A DNA stretch of 64,000 nucleotides, taken from Dehalococcoidia bacterium. Its GTDB lineage: Bacteria > Chloroflexota > Dehalococcoidia > Lucifugimonadales > Australimonadaceae. The notes beneath the pieces were generated by a model. That model was not told the DNA's origin. It ran no database searches and saw nothing but the letters and a program-made list of their open reading frames with translations. The DNA is taken from the NCBI GenBank assembly GCA_965206315.1, contig OZ242210.1:1630724-1694723 (forward strand), read 5' to 3'. Shown piece after piece: positions 29,036 through 38,606 of the stretch (position 1 is its first letter; each line of letters begins with the position of its first letter). The position numbers were made by a program, and so were the translations under genes.

Positions 29036-29373
29036 GGAACGGCGCCGTATGTTCCTCGGAAGCACAACCGGCGGTGACATGCGGCCCTTACGCGTTCGCG
29101 CCCCAACCGCGTACGCTGGTTCCATGACCGGCGCATCAACAGCACCTATAGATTGCGTCTATGGCTCGCGGTCCCGGCTATAGACAGGGCCTATGGGTGC
29201 TGGAGCCAAACTTGTAAACGCATGAGATTGTTGTTGCCTTGTTCGCGGGAAGCAGGCCACGGCCATGAAAATGCCTGTTACGAACGGAACAAGAATGTCA
29301 AAACCGCATCCCTCTTCACTCGTAGAAACCGGGAACAAGGGGCTCATGGCGCCACCCTTTGACATCCTTGTTC
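29017..29373. repeat. Cluster of nested inverted repeats in the divergent intergenic region
   Basis: ccggtcatgga(29017)/tccatgaccgg(29121); hairpin 29140-29202; gaacaagaatgtcaaa(29287)/tttgacatccttgttc(29358). Confidence 0.65.
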
Positions 29374-29411
29374 GGAAACCGCTCCACCTTCGGGCGGCGA
29401 CCGCAAAAACG

Positions 29412-29440
29412 TTGACCCTCTCGTGCGCTGGGGGTATCTT
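29412..29440 (+). promoter_or_regulatory. Putative sigma70 promoter for the ADH-Rieske operon
   Basis: TTGACC-N17-TATCTT. Confidence 0.6.
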
Positions 29441-29515
29441 GTCCACGATTGCGTACGCGTGCGGCCGTGACCCACGGGAACGACAACAACAAAACTGTAG
29501 CGGAGGCGAGGCGCG

Positions 29516-30637
29516 ATGGCTGAGAAGGCACTGGTTGCAGCGAAGGTAGGCCCCAATCAGACCGAGCAGATGGAATTCGACCTGCCGGACATCCCGGTCG
29601 ACGGCGCGCTCCTGAAGGTGGAGGCCGCGGGCGTCTGCGGCAGCGACGTAGGCGGCTACGAGCGTGAGATGAAGGGCGGCCCCGTCATCATGGGGCATGA
29701 GAACGTCGGCTACCTCGCGAAGGTCGGCCACGTCTTTGCGAACCGCTGGGGTGTGAAGGAAGGCGACATGGTCGCGCTGGAGGAGTACCTCCCGTGTGGA
29801 CGCTGCGAGTTCTGCCGCGTTGGCGAGTACCGCCACTGCTACGCCACCGACGCCTCCGCGAACGCCTCCGCCATCCGGTACGGCTCCACGTCCGTGGAGG
29901 TCGCGCCGGCGCTCTGGGGCGGCTATGCGCAGTACCTGTACGTTCCGCCGAACGCGCCGCTGCACAAGGTGCCCGACGGCATCACCGCCGAGGAGGCCGC
30001 GATGGCGCTGCCCATGGGCAACGGCATCCAGTGGGCGCTCATCGAGGGGCAGGTCGGCTACGGGAAGAGCGTCCTCATCCAGGGGCCGGGCCAGCAGGGG
30101 CTCGCCTGCGTCGTCGCCTCGAAGCAAGCGGGCGCGGACTGCATCATCATCACCGGCAAGGGTCCAAAGGACGCCAGGCGGATGGAGGTTGCGCGCGCGC
30201 TCGGTGCGGACTTCACCATCGACATCGACGAGGAAGACCCGCTTCCCCGCATCAAGGAGATCACGGGCGGCGGACCGGAGGCTGGCGTAGACGTGGTCGT
30301 CGACTGCACTTCCCACGCCGGCAAGGCGCCCACGCTCCTCGCCATCGAGGCGACGAAGCGCAAGGGCGGCAGGATGGTCGCGCAGGCGGAAGCCCCGATC
30401 TTCCCGGACTTCCCCATCGGCAGGCTCACGCGCAAGTACATGACCCTGGCCAGCGCACGCGGCCACAGCTTCGAGGCGGTCGAGCTCGCGCTGCGCCAGA
30501 TCGCGTCGCACCGTTTCCCGCTCGAACTCATGCGGACGCACACCTTCGGGCTCGTGGACGTCCACACTGCCATCCGCGCGGTGGCCGGAGAGGGCATCGA
30601 CGACGCCATCCACGTCTCCGTCCTGCCGTGGGAGTAG
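29516..30637 (+). CDS. Zinc-dependent medium-chain dehydrogenase (paralog of 11223..12320)
   Basis: CGSD, MGHENVG, CGRCEFC, QGPGQQG. Confidence 0.92.
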   Translation: MAEKALVAAKVGPNQTEQMEFDLPDIPVDGALLKVEAAGVCGSDVGGYEREMKGGPVIMGHENVGYLAKVGHVFANRWGVKEGDMVALEEYLPCGRCEFCRVGEYRHCYATDASANASAIRYGSTSVEVAPALWGGYAQYLYVPPNAPLHKVPDGITAEEAAMALPMGNGIQWALIEGQVGYGKSVLIQGPGQQGLACVVASKQAGADCIIITGKGPKDARRMEVARALGADFTIDIDEEDPLPRIKEITGGGPEAGVDVVVDCTSHAGKAPTLLAIEATKRKGGRMVAQAEAPIFPDFPIGRLTRKYMTLASARGHSFEAVELALRQIASHRFPLELMRTHTFGLVDVHTAIRAVAGEGIDDAIHVSVLPWE

Positions 30638-30690
30638 GCGGGAACGCCTGACGACACGCGACAACGTCTCCATCGGGAGGTAACGGCAAG

Positions 30691-32025
30691 ATGCTGTCGA
30701 TAACAGAGAACGAGAAACTGACGCAGGTAGGCCCCGGAACGCCGATGGGTGACTACATCCGCCGTTTCTGGCTGCCCTTCCGGCTCTCCAGCGACGTCCC
30801 GGAGGCTGACGGTGAGCCTGTGCGCATCCGCCTGATGGGGGAGGAGTTGCTCGCCTTCCGCGACACGTCGGGAAAGGTCGGACTAATCCAGCGGAACTGC
30901 CCCCACCGGTGGGCGGACCTCTTCTTTGCGCGCAACGAAGAGCACGGCCTCCGCTGCACCTACCACGGCTGGAAGTACGACGCGCAGGGCAACTGCGTCG
31001 ACATGCCGACCGAGACCGACGAGAGCAGTTACAAGGACAAGATCAAGATAACGGCCTACCCGGTAGAGGAGGTCGCGGGCCTTCTCTGGACGTACATGGG
31101 ACCGAAGGACCTCAAGCCCGAACTGCCGGACTTCGAGTATCTCCGAATGCCGGAGTCTCACCGGTTCGCCTCATGGAACTGGCAGCAGACCAACTACGCG
31201 CAGGCCATAGAGGGCGGCATCGACTCCGCCCACTCCAACTACCTGCACGCCACGCTGGACGCCTACCACATGACCGACGCCTGGCGCTCGACCTGGGAGC
31301 GCTCCCAGAACCTGCGCGACAAGTACCACGCGCGCGACCAGCACCCGAAGTTCTTCGCCGAGGACACCGACTACGGCGTCATCACCGGCGCTCGCCGGGA
31401 CACGGGTGAGGGCGAGTTCTACTGGCGCTACAACCTCTTCCTGCTGCCGTTCTACACCATGCCACCGTCGGCCCCGTCCCAGAAGTTCTTCCACGCGTTC
31501 GTGCCTATAGACGACCTCCACAACATGCGCTGGACGTTCGTCTGGAACCTCAGGAGCGCCCTGCCGTCGGGCTCCATCGAGGAGTGGCGCAACGGCGCCG
31601 GCCTGCACGCGGCCTCGCTGCCCGGCTTCTTCCGCATCGGCTCCACCGCCGACTCCGTTCCCATCTTCGCGGAGCACTTCCCGCTCCGAAACAAGGAGAA
31701 CGACTACCTCGTCAGCCGCGACTACCAGAAGCGCCTCACCTTCACCGGCATCACCGGCACCGGCGAGCAGGACCTCTCTGTGCAGGAGGGCATGGGACAC
31801 ATCACGCCGCGCAACAAGGAGCATCTCGGCACCACGGACATCGGCATCATCAAGTCCCGCCGCCGTCTGCTGAAAGAGGCCACCGCGCTGCAGGACGGCG
31901 AGGAGCCTTACGCGGCCTCCCACGGCGACGTCTACTACGTCCGCGCGGGCGACATCCTCCTCTCCCCCGAGGAGAACTGGGTGCACGACCGGAAGATAAA
32001 GGACCTGCAGACCGCTACCTGGTAG
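30691..32025 (+). CDS. Rieske oxygenase alpha subunit (paralog of 12336..13661)
   Basis: CPHR...CTYHGWKYD; EGGIDSAHSNYLH; EHLGTTDIGII. Confidence 0.93.
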   Translation: MLSITENEKLTQVGPGTPMGDYIRRFWLPFRLSSDVPEADGEPVRIRLMGEELLAFRDTSGKVGLIQRNCPHRWADLFFARNEEHGLRCTYHGWKYDAQGNCVDMPTETDESSYKDKIKITAYPVEEVAGLLWTYMGPKDLKPELPDFEYLRMPESHRFASWNWQQTNYAQAIEGGIDSAHSNYLHATLDAYHMTDAWRSTWERSQNLRDKYHARDQHPKFFAEDTDYGVITGARRDTGEGEFYWRYNLFLLPFYTMPPSAPSQKFFHAFVPIDDLHNMRWTFVWNLRSALPSGSIEEWRNGAGLHAASLPGFFRIGSTADSVPIFAEHFPLRNKENDYLVSRDYQKRLTFTGITGTGEQDLSVQEGMGHITPRNKEHLGTTDIGIIKSRRRLLKEATALQDGEEPYAASHGDVYYVRAGDILLSPEENWVHDRKIKDLQTATW

Positions 32026-32052
32026 CGCGTCCATCTCCACTGGAGGTATCGG

Positions 32053-32089
32053 CGAGGGCAGGAGGATCTCTCCTGCCCTCGTTCGTTGT
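32053..32089 (+). terminator. Probable intrinsic terminator
   Basis: cgagggcaggag-gatct-ctcctgccctcg 12-bp stem followed by ttcgttgt. Confidence 0.7.
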
Positions 32090-32142
32090 CCCGCGGCGCG
32101 CGATACCGAACTGCACCGGCTCGGTTAGAATGACCTCACGTT

Positions 32143-32901
32143 ATGACGAACCGTCGCTATCAACGATCCGCACCTGTGCCTCCTCCTGATCCTGCGCTCG
32201 TGGAAGGCAGCGCGAATGAAGTCCGCCGCCGGTTGCGCCAGGCTGGCCGCAAGGACGTAGCCGAACGCATCCGCAAGGAGGCAGGCCGGGACGCGCCCTG
32301 CTATGGCGTGCCGTCAGCCGAGGTCTATCGCATCGGGCTCGACCTCGTCCGGCGGCTGCGCTCCGTGGGGCTCCCCGCCACCATCGCTATCGCGGACAAC
32401 CTCTTCCGTACCGGCAACGTCGAGGAAGGACTCGTCGGCGCGCAGATAGTCGGCGCACTGGCACGCCTCATCACCGGCGACGACTTTCAGCGCATCGAAC
32501 CGTGGGGGGATACGCTGACCACCCCGCAAACGGCCGATGCTCTGGGCGCGAACTGCCTCAGCCCTGCCCTTGCCGCCAAACCCTCCCTCGTCAAGACGAT
32601 GCGCGAGTGGGCGCGCTCCTCGAATCCCTCCAAGCGGCGCGCTGCCGTCTCCGCGTTCGGTCCGCTCGTGCGGGAAGGGCGTTTCATGACGGATGCACTC
32701 GAGGTCGCCGAGGTCGTCATGGAAGACGACAACGAGGAAGTGCAGCGTGGTGTAGGTACGATGCTCATGGAGGCGACTCGCCTGAGGTCCGACCGGGTAG
32801 TCGAGTTCCTCATGGAATGGAGAGAACAGAGCCCTCGCCTCATCCTCCAGACCGCTGCCACCAAGCTGCAGCCTGCCCAGCGCGGACAGGTACTCGGCTG
32901 A
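32143..32901 (+). CDS. DNA alkylation repair protein, AlkD-like HEAT-repeat family
   Basis: YGVPS, WARSSNPSKRRAA, MEDDNEEVQRGVGTMLME...VVEFL pattern. Confidence 0.72.
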   Translation: MTNRRYQRSAPVPPPDPALVEGSANEVRRRLRQAGRKDVAERIRKEAGRDAPCYGVPSAEVYRIGLDLVRRLRSVGLPATIAIADNLFRTGNVEEGLVGAQIVGALARLITGDDFQRIEPWGDTLTTPQTADALGANCLSPALAAKPSLVKTMREWARSSNPSKRRAAVSAFGPLVREGRFMTDALEVAEVVMEDDNEEVQRGVGTMLMEATRLRSDRVVEFLMEWREQSPRLILQTAATKLQPAQRGQVLG

Positions 32902-33272
32902 TGACGAACAACCCGGAGGCGCGTCCTGCCCCTGGCATCGGACGGCGGCTCTATCGCGGGTTCGCATTCGCGCTCATCGTTGGTCTGGCCGGCGCCGGGC
33001 TCAGTGGCGTGCCGGCCCTCTTCATCCAATCCATATTCGTCGCTGAGGCGCAGCGGTGCATCGAGGCCATCGAAATGGCCGAGGCGGGAGGCGATGTGAC
33101 GCTGGTCTGTCCTGACCAGTTCACCGATCCGCCGGTCTGGCTGCCCGTCATCATGGTGGTCGGGGGCGCAGCCCTTGGCGCGGCTGGGGGCCTTGCTTAC
33201 GGCATAGCCTCACCGGGACGCAGAGCACGCAGTTCCGCGCCTCCGGCGGAGTCTCCATGGCTGCCGTTCTGA
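32901..33272 (+). CDS. Hypothetical two-TM membrane protein
   Basis: ATG overlaps the upstream TGA; two hydrophobic helices flank a loop with two Cys. Confidence 0.65.
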   Translation: MTNNPEARPAPGIGRRLYRGFAFALIVGLAGAGLSGVPALFIQSIFVAEAQRCIEAIEMAEAGGDVTLVCPDQFTDPPVWLPVIMVVGGAALGAAGGLAYGIASPGRRARSSAPPAESPWLPF

Positions 33273-33366
33273 GCGCAGATACGGCACGGCGGATTCCGCG
33301 CAACTGCCTTCGCTAAGTCGTCGCACCTGTTCCAGTGCCCGTGTATCCTTAAACACGGTTTCTCTC

Positions 33367-34401
33367 ATGCGATATCACTTCATTCGCGTTCCTATCGCTG
33401 TACTCACGGCCGTCCTCCTTCTGGGGACGGCGCTGCCTGCGTGCACCCCCTTCCCCGAACCTGACTACATCACCTACACGTCGGGACTCCCGGGCGCTCG
33501 CGACATCGCAGTCGTCCGGCCGGATGGCGGCCACGCGTTCATACTTACCGACGACGCTCAGGGGCTCTCCTCCGACAACTTCGAACCCGTCTGGGACCCC
33601 AACCGTCAGCGTATCGCCTTTCTCAGCAACCGTGACGGGAACATCGAGGTCTACGTCGGTGTGGCTTCCGAGGACGCGCCAGTCTTCTACCGGATCACCA
33701 ACTCGGAGTTCGACGAGTCCCAGGTCTCCTGGTCCGCAGATGGCAATCGCATCGCGTACACGTCCGAGGACCATGAGGGAAGGCGCACCGTCCAGCACGT
33801 CGCGCTCAACGAACTCGTCCCGACCGCCGTCGTATTCGGAAGCGAAGGCGAGACCGACGCTGCGTGGTCTCCCACTGACAACCTGATCGTCTTTGCCAAG
33901 CTCAAGGAGAACGGCGAGTCCGACGGCATCTTCCTGCGCGACCCTTCGAACGTGAATATCGTCCAGCTCACCGCAGGCCCCCACCACTTCCCCACGTGGG
34001 CGCCGGACGGAAAGAGCATCGCCTACGTCTCCACGCAGAACGATGACCAGAAGGACATCTACGTCATCAACGTCAGCGCCCTCGGACCCACCTCGGAACC
34101 GCTCCGGATCACCCAGGACGGCGCTGACGACTATGGGCCCTCGTGGTCGCGGGACGGCAGCAGGATCGCGTTCATCTCCGACCGCTCCGGCAATGCCGAC
34201 GTCTACACCATCGCCCCGAACGGAGGCGGCCTGGTGATGATTACGCAGAACGCCGTGAACGAGTTGTCGGTTGCATGGGGCCCCGACGGCAGCCTCGTCT
34301 TCCCCTCCGGCCCGGAGGACCGGACGGCGCTCTTCATCGCGGACGCAGATGGCCAGCAGCAACTCACGTCCGGTGCGACGGCGACCTTCCCGGACTGGTA
34401 G
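33367..34401 (+). CDS. TolB-like/PD40 beta-propeller lipoprotein
   Basis: Signal with LPAC; repeated PxWSxDGxxIAFxS motifs. Confidence 0.88.
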   Translation: MRYHFIRVPIAVLTAVLLLGTALPACTPFPEPDYITYTSGLPGARDIAVVRPDGGHAFILTDDAQGLSSDNFEPVWDPNRQRIAFLSNRDGNIEVYVGVASEDAPVFYRITNSEFDESQVSWSADGNRIAYTSEDHEGRRTVQHVALNELVPTAVVFGSEGETDAAWSPTDNLIVFAKLKENGESDGIFLRDPSNVNIVQLTAGPHHFPTWAPDGKSIAYVSTQNDDQKDIYVINVSALGPTSEPLRITQDGADDYGPSWSRDGSRIAFISDRSGNADVYTIAPNGGGLVMITQNAVNELSVAWGPDGSLVFPSGPEDRTALFIADADGQQQLTSGATATFPDW

Positions 34402-34410
34402 CCTCCCTTC

Positions 34411-36204
34411 GTGGGGATTGACGCTCTTACCCATAACGACGCAGGCATTTATGCCGCCCCTGCTTCTCCCGAAGCATGGGGAGACTGGGTTTCGGCCACG
34501 CGGCTGAGGGGCTATCTCCTGAAGAACACGCTCGGCGACTGGCTCAACCTGTACGGCGAGGCCAACGGGTTCCAGCGTGACGACGCATCCGAAGACTACG
34601 ATGAACGACTCGTCTTCGCACCGTTCATCATGAGCCAGGGCGAGAGGTTCGAGGAGGCTGTTGCCCGGCACCTGGCCTCTTTCCACGAACTCGCCACTGT
34701 CTCGCGCGAAGCGGAAGACGTGCGTGAGTTGGAGATTGCCCAACAGACCTTCCATGCGCTCGCGGACGGCCGCCCCATCATCCATCAGGCGGTGCTCTGG
34801 AACCCGGAATCCATGACCTACGGCGCGGCCGACTTCCTCATCCGTTCCGACGTCTTCGACGCGCTGTTCCCCGGGCATCTCGCGCCGGGAGAAGCCGCCA
34901 TCGCCGCGCCGGACCTCGGCGGGTCGTGGCACTACGTCGTGGTGGACGCCAAGTTCACCACGGTACACGCCTCCAAGCAGGGCGAGGTCGGCAACAGTGG
35001 CTCGGCGCCCGCCTACAAGGCGCAACTGTATGTCTACAACGACGCTCTTGCCCGCCTGCAGGGCTACGCACCGCGCCGGGCGTTCCTGCTCGGGCGCAGC
35101 TGGGAGCAGAGTTCGGAGCGCGTAACCAACGCCATGAAGCGGCTCGGGCAGGTTTCCATGAGCGCGGAAGTGCAAGTGGAAGTGGAGGCTGCGGCTGCGT
35201 GGGTGCGCAGACTGCGCTCGGAGGGCGCGCAGTGGCAGCCGCTGCCGACGCCAACGGTGCCCGAGCTGTGGCCCTCCGGTGGGGACTGGCCCTGGGAGAA
35301 CGCTGTCAAGGACATCACGGAGAGGTTGGAAGATCTCACCAAGCTCTGGCAGGTCGGCACTGAGAGGCGCGACAGGGCGGTGCGCCAAGGCATCACATCC
35401 TGGCTGGACCCCCGCGCCACTGCCGAGTCGCTCGGCGTTACAGGGCCGAGCACGCAACCGGTCCTGGAGGCGATCCTCGACGTGCACCGTAACGACGGCC
35501 CGGTTGTCCGCCCCGCTCACGTCCGCGCCGCGGAGAGCGAATGGCGCGCGCAGCCTCCGCTCGAATTCTTCGTGGACTTCGAGTACGTCACCGACCTGAA
35601 AGACGACTTCTCCACGTTCCCCGAACGCGGCGGGCAGACCATCATCTTCATGATCGGTTGCGGGCACATGGAGAACGGCGAGTGGAAGTTCGCACAGTTC
35701 ACCACCGATCGCTTGGACGAGCCAAGCGAAGCGCGTGCGATAGACGCGTGGCTCGCCCATATGCGGGAGACCCAGGCCCGGCTCGGAGGCGAGGATGAGC
35801 CGCGCCTCTTCCACTGGGCGCCTGCGGAAGAGATCAACTACGAGACGGCCTACAACTCCGCGCGGAAGCGGCATCCTGCGAAAGGCTGGCCGGCCGTCAA
35901 CTGGTTCGACCTGCTGCGGAAGGTCGTTCGCAGGGAGCCGGTCGTCGTCCGTGGTTCGATGGGTTTCGGGCTCAAGAGTGTCGCCCGGGCGTTCCGTACG
36001 CACGATCTCATCGAGACCGACTGGGGCAGTTCCAAGGTGGACGGGATGGGGGCGATGGTCGGCGCGTGGCGCTGCGACGACGAGGCTGCCGAGCATGGCG
36101 TTCGCCTCATCGACACCCAGCTCATGGAAGAGATCGCCGCCTACAACGAGGTGGACTGCAAGGTGATGCAGGAGATCCTCCACTACCTCCGCGCTCACCA
36201 CTAG
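34411..36204 (+). CDS. TM0106-like nuclease: RecB-type PD-(D/E)xK domain plus C-terminal RNase H-like (DEDD) domain
   Basis: GAADFLIR...VVDAK...AQLYVY; FFVDFE, IFMIG, WFDLL, FGLKSVA, YNEVDC. Confidence 0.8.
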   Translation: MGIDALTHNDAGIYAAPASPEAWGDWVSATRLRGYLLKNTLGDWLNLYGEANGFQRDDASEDYDERLVFAPFIMSQGERFEEAVARHLASFHELATVSREAEDVRELEIAQQTFHALADGRPIIHQAVLWNPESMTYGAADFLIRSDVFDALFPGHLAPGEAAIAAPDLGGSWHYVVVDAKFTTVHASKQGEVGNSGSAPAYKAQLYVYNDALARLQGYAPRRAFLLGRSWEQSSERVTNAMKRLGQVSMSAEVQVEVEAAAAWVRRLRSEGAQWQPLPTPTVPELWPSGGDWPWENAVKDITERLEDLTKLWQVGTERRDRAVRQGITSWLDPRATAESLGVTGPSTQPVLEAILDVHRNDGPVVRPAHVRAAESEWRAQPPLEFFVDFEYVTDLKDDFSTFPERGGQTIIFMIGCGHMENGEWKFAQFTTDRLDEPSEARAIDAWLAHMRETQARLGGEDEPRLFHWAPAEEINYETAYNSARKRHPAKGWPAVNWFDLLRKVVRREPVVVRGSMGFGLKSVARAFRTHDLIETDWGSSKVDGMGAMVGAWRCDDEAAEHGVRLIDTQLMEEIAAYNEVDCKVMQEILHYLRAHH

Positions 36205-36350
36205 CCCCCTCTCCGACCCCTGCCGGATCGCCTTACCCGCAATCTTCTTACCTCTCTTGCCGGGTACCGTTAGCGGTGCTACCATCCGATTGTGCATTCT
36301 TTCTCAATCTTTTCTGCAGACGATCCCGGGTACAGTGAGGTCAGGCACGG

Positions 36351-37145
36351 ATGACGCTGCACATAGTGGTGACCGCCAAGCAAGTGCTCGACCCCGAAAC
36401 CCCGTTATCCGCCTTCAACGTCGCTGACAACGCCGTCTCCACCGCGGGCAACATCCCCCCGGTCGTCAACGGGTACGACGAGCAGGCCGTCGAGGCGGCT
36501 CTGCGCATCAAGGAAGCCCACGGCGACGCGAAGGTCACTGTGCTCTCCTGCGGTACGGATTTCGCCCTGGACGTCATCAAGAAGCCACTGGCGATGGGGG
36601 CGGACGAGCTGGTTCTGCTCCAGGACGCCGCCTTCGAGAATTCCATAGACCCCACTACGACGGTCGCGGCGCTCACCGCTGCCATCCGCAAACTGGGCGA
36701 CGTGGACATCGTCATCTCCGGGAGGCAGGCGAGCGACTGGGACAACGCGCAGGTGCCGCTCGGCGTTGCGGAATCCCTCAGATGGGCGGTCGCGACCATT
36801 GGACGGAAGGTCGACGTGCAGGACGGCACAGTGCGCGTCGAGCGCGTCCTGCCGGACGGCCACGAGACCGTCGAGGCGCCGCTACCCGCCGTCGTAACCG
36901 TCTCGAACGAGCTGGGCACACCCCGGTATCCCAACATGCGCGGCATCATGGCGGCGCGGCGCGTGCAGCCCACCGTCTGGACTGTTGCCGACCTCGACCT
37001 CGACGGCGCGGCATCCCCCGCGTTCGAACTCGTGTCCCTGAAGAAACCGGAGCGCGCGGTGCAGACCGAGATGATCACCGGCGACGACGACGCGGACGCC
37101 GGACGCAAGCTCGCCCTCCGCCTCCGCGAGGAGCGCGTGCTCTGA
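36351..37145 (+). CDS. etfB: Electron transfer flavoprotein beta subunit
   Basis: AKQVLDP, DEQAVEAALRIKE, LAMGAD, GRQASD, PRYPNMRGIM. Confidence 0.95.
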   Translation: MTLHIVVTAKQVLDPETPLSAFNVADNAVSTAGNIPPVVNGYDEQAVEAALRIKEAHGDAKVTVLSCGTDFALDVIKKPLAMGADELVLLQDAAFENSIDPTTTVAALTAAIRKLGDVDIVISGRQASDWDNAQVPLGVAESLRWAVATIGRKVDVQDGTVRVERVLPDGHETVEAPLPAVVTVSNELGTPRYPNMRGIMAARRVQPTVWTVADLDLDGAASPAFELVSLKKPERAVQTEMITGDDDADAGRKLALRLREERVL

Positions 37146-38110
37146 TGGCTGACGCACTCATCATCGGCGAGATCACGGACGGCGCACCCGCGTCTGCCAC
37201 GCTGGAAGGCATCGCTGCCGCGCGCGGCATGGGTGTCGGCCAGGTGGCCGTCCTGCTGCCGGGCGCGGACGCCGCGAGCGCAGCCTCCGCCGCCATCGCG
37301 GGTGGCACGGACATCGTCTACACCGTCGTCGACGGCCCGGCCGCTGAGGGCGAGTTCGACGCGCTGGTAGACGCGGCGCAGGCCGCTGTCACGCTGAGCG
37401 GGGCACGCTATGTCATTGGTGCGAAGACGCTCACCGGACGGGACGTGGTGCCGCGGCTCGCCTTCCGGCTCGGTACTGCCTTGGCGTCCGACTGCTCCGC
37501 CGTTTCCCTCGACGGCTCCGGACGCCTCATCGCGACCCGGCCGGTCTACGGCGGCAACGCGGAGGCGTCGGTTGCCTGCCTCGGCAGCGTTGCTGTCGCC
37601 TCGCTGCGGCCCAAGAGCGTGGATGCGCTCGAACCGGACGCCTCGCGCACCGGCGAGGTGTTGCCGTTGGCCTTCGAGGCGAACGTCCGTACCCGGGTGC
37701 TGGAACGTGTCGAGGAGGCAGGAGAGGGCGTCCGCCTGGAGAATGCGCGCGTCGTCGTCTCCGGGGGGCGTGGACTTGGCGGGCCGGAGCCGTTCGACTC
37801 GCTGCGGGAGCTGGCGAACATGCTCGGCGGCGCGGTCGGCGCGTCCCGTGCGGCCTGCGACGCCGGTTGGGTCCCCTCCGGTTACCAGGTCGGCCTCACG
37901 GGCAAGACTGTGACGCCGGACCTGTACATCGCCGTCGGGATATCCGGCGCGAGCCAGCACATGGCCGGATGCAGCAACTCTCGAACGCTCGTGGCCATCA
38001 ACAAGGATGCCGGAGCCAACATCTTCAAGGAGGCCCGCTTCGGGGTCGCCGGAGACTGGCAGAAAGTGCTGCCTGCATTCATGGAACAACTGCACGAGCT
38101 GATGGGGTAG
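37145..38110 (+). CDS. etfA: Electron transfer flavoprotein alpha subunit
   Basis: [41 protein letters not shown]; ATG overlaps the etfB stop. Confidence 0.95.
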   Translation: MADALIIGEITDGAPASATLEGIAAARGMGVGQVAVLLPGADAASAASAAIAGGTDIVYTVVDGPAAEGEFDALVDAAQAAVTLSGARYVIGAKTLTGRDVVPRLAFRLGTALASDCSAVSLDGSGRLIATRPVYGGNAEASVACLGSVAVASLRPKSVDALEPDASRTGEVLPLAFEANVRTRVLERVEEAGEGVRLENARVVVSGGRGLGGPEPFDSLRELANMLGGAVGASRAACDAGWVPSGYQVGLTGKTVTPDLYIAVGISGASQHMAGCSNSRTLVAINKDAGANIFKEARFGVAGDWQKVLPAFMEQLHELMG

Positions 38111-38135
38111 GATTAAGCGAGAGGGAGGTCGGACG

Positions 38136-38582
38136 ATGGCAGACCAGGAATACGACCGCGAGATGGCTGAAGCGATCGAGCACGCCGAGACGTCGGAGGT
38201 CGTCTGCATCATCCTTCCTCTCATCAACCAGTGCCTGGTCTACGACAACCGGAGCACGGCGGAAGACCCGCCGCGCATCTCGGTCTCGCCGCCGCTCGGT
38301 TCGGCTGAGCGTCGCCTGCGCCACGTCAACCGCGCCCGCCCCAATATGCCCCACGCACGGGAGCTCGCCGCCATCCCCTGGGTCGGTTCGATCCGAAGCC
38401 TCGAGGAGTCCGGCGTCTGCGACATGCTGTATCGCCGCGTCAGCGGCTCCGGCTTCGACTCGGTGCAGCGCCAGTACGACGAGGCGCTGGACGAGTTGCG
38501 GCAGTGGGAGCGGCGCTCCACCATCGCGATGATCCGCGGGCAGGGGCCCTACCACACGCTCTGGTCGCGCAACGGCTCCTGA
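38136..38582 (+). CDS. Hypothetical protein
   Basis: GGAGG SD, host-like codon usage, fills the gap after etfA. Confidence 0.7.
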   Translation: MADQEYDREMAEAIEHAETSEVVCIILPLINQCLVYDNRSTAEDPPRISVSPPLGSAERRLRHVNRARPNMPHARELAAIPWVGSIRSLEESGVCDMLYRRVSGSGFDSVQRQYDEALDELRQWERRSTIAMIRGQGPYHTLWSRNGS

Positions 38583-38606
38583 CCGGCAGCGCCTCGCGCC
38601 AAGGAG

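Noticed and set aside
33349-36297. 982-aa minus-strand ORF
   Set aside because: Antisense shadow of the TolB-like and TM0106-like genes in GC-rich DNA; no recognisable motifs.
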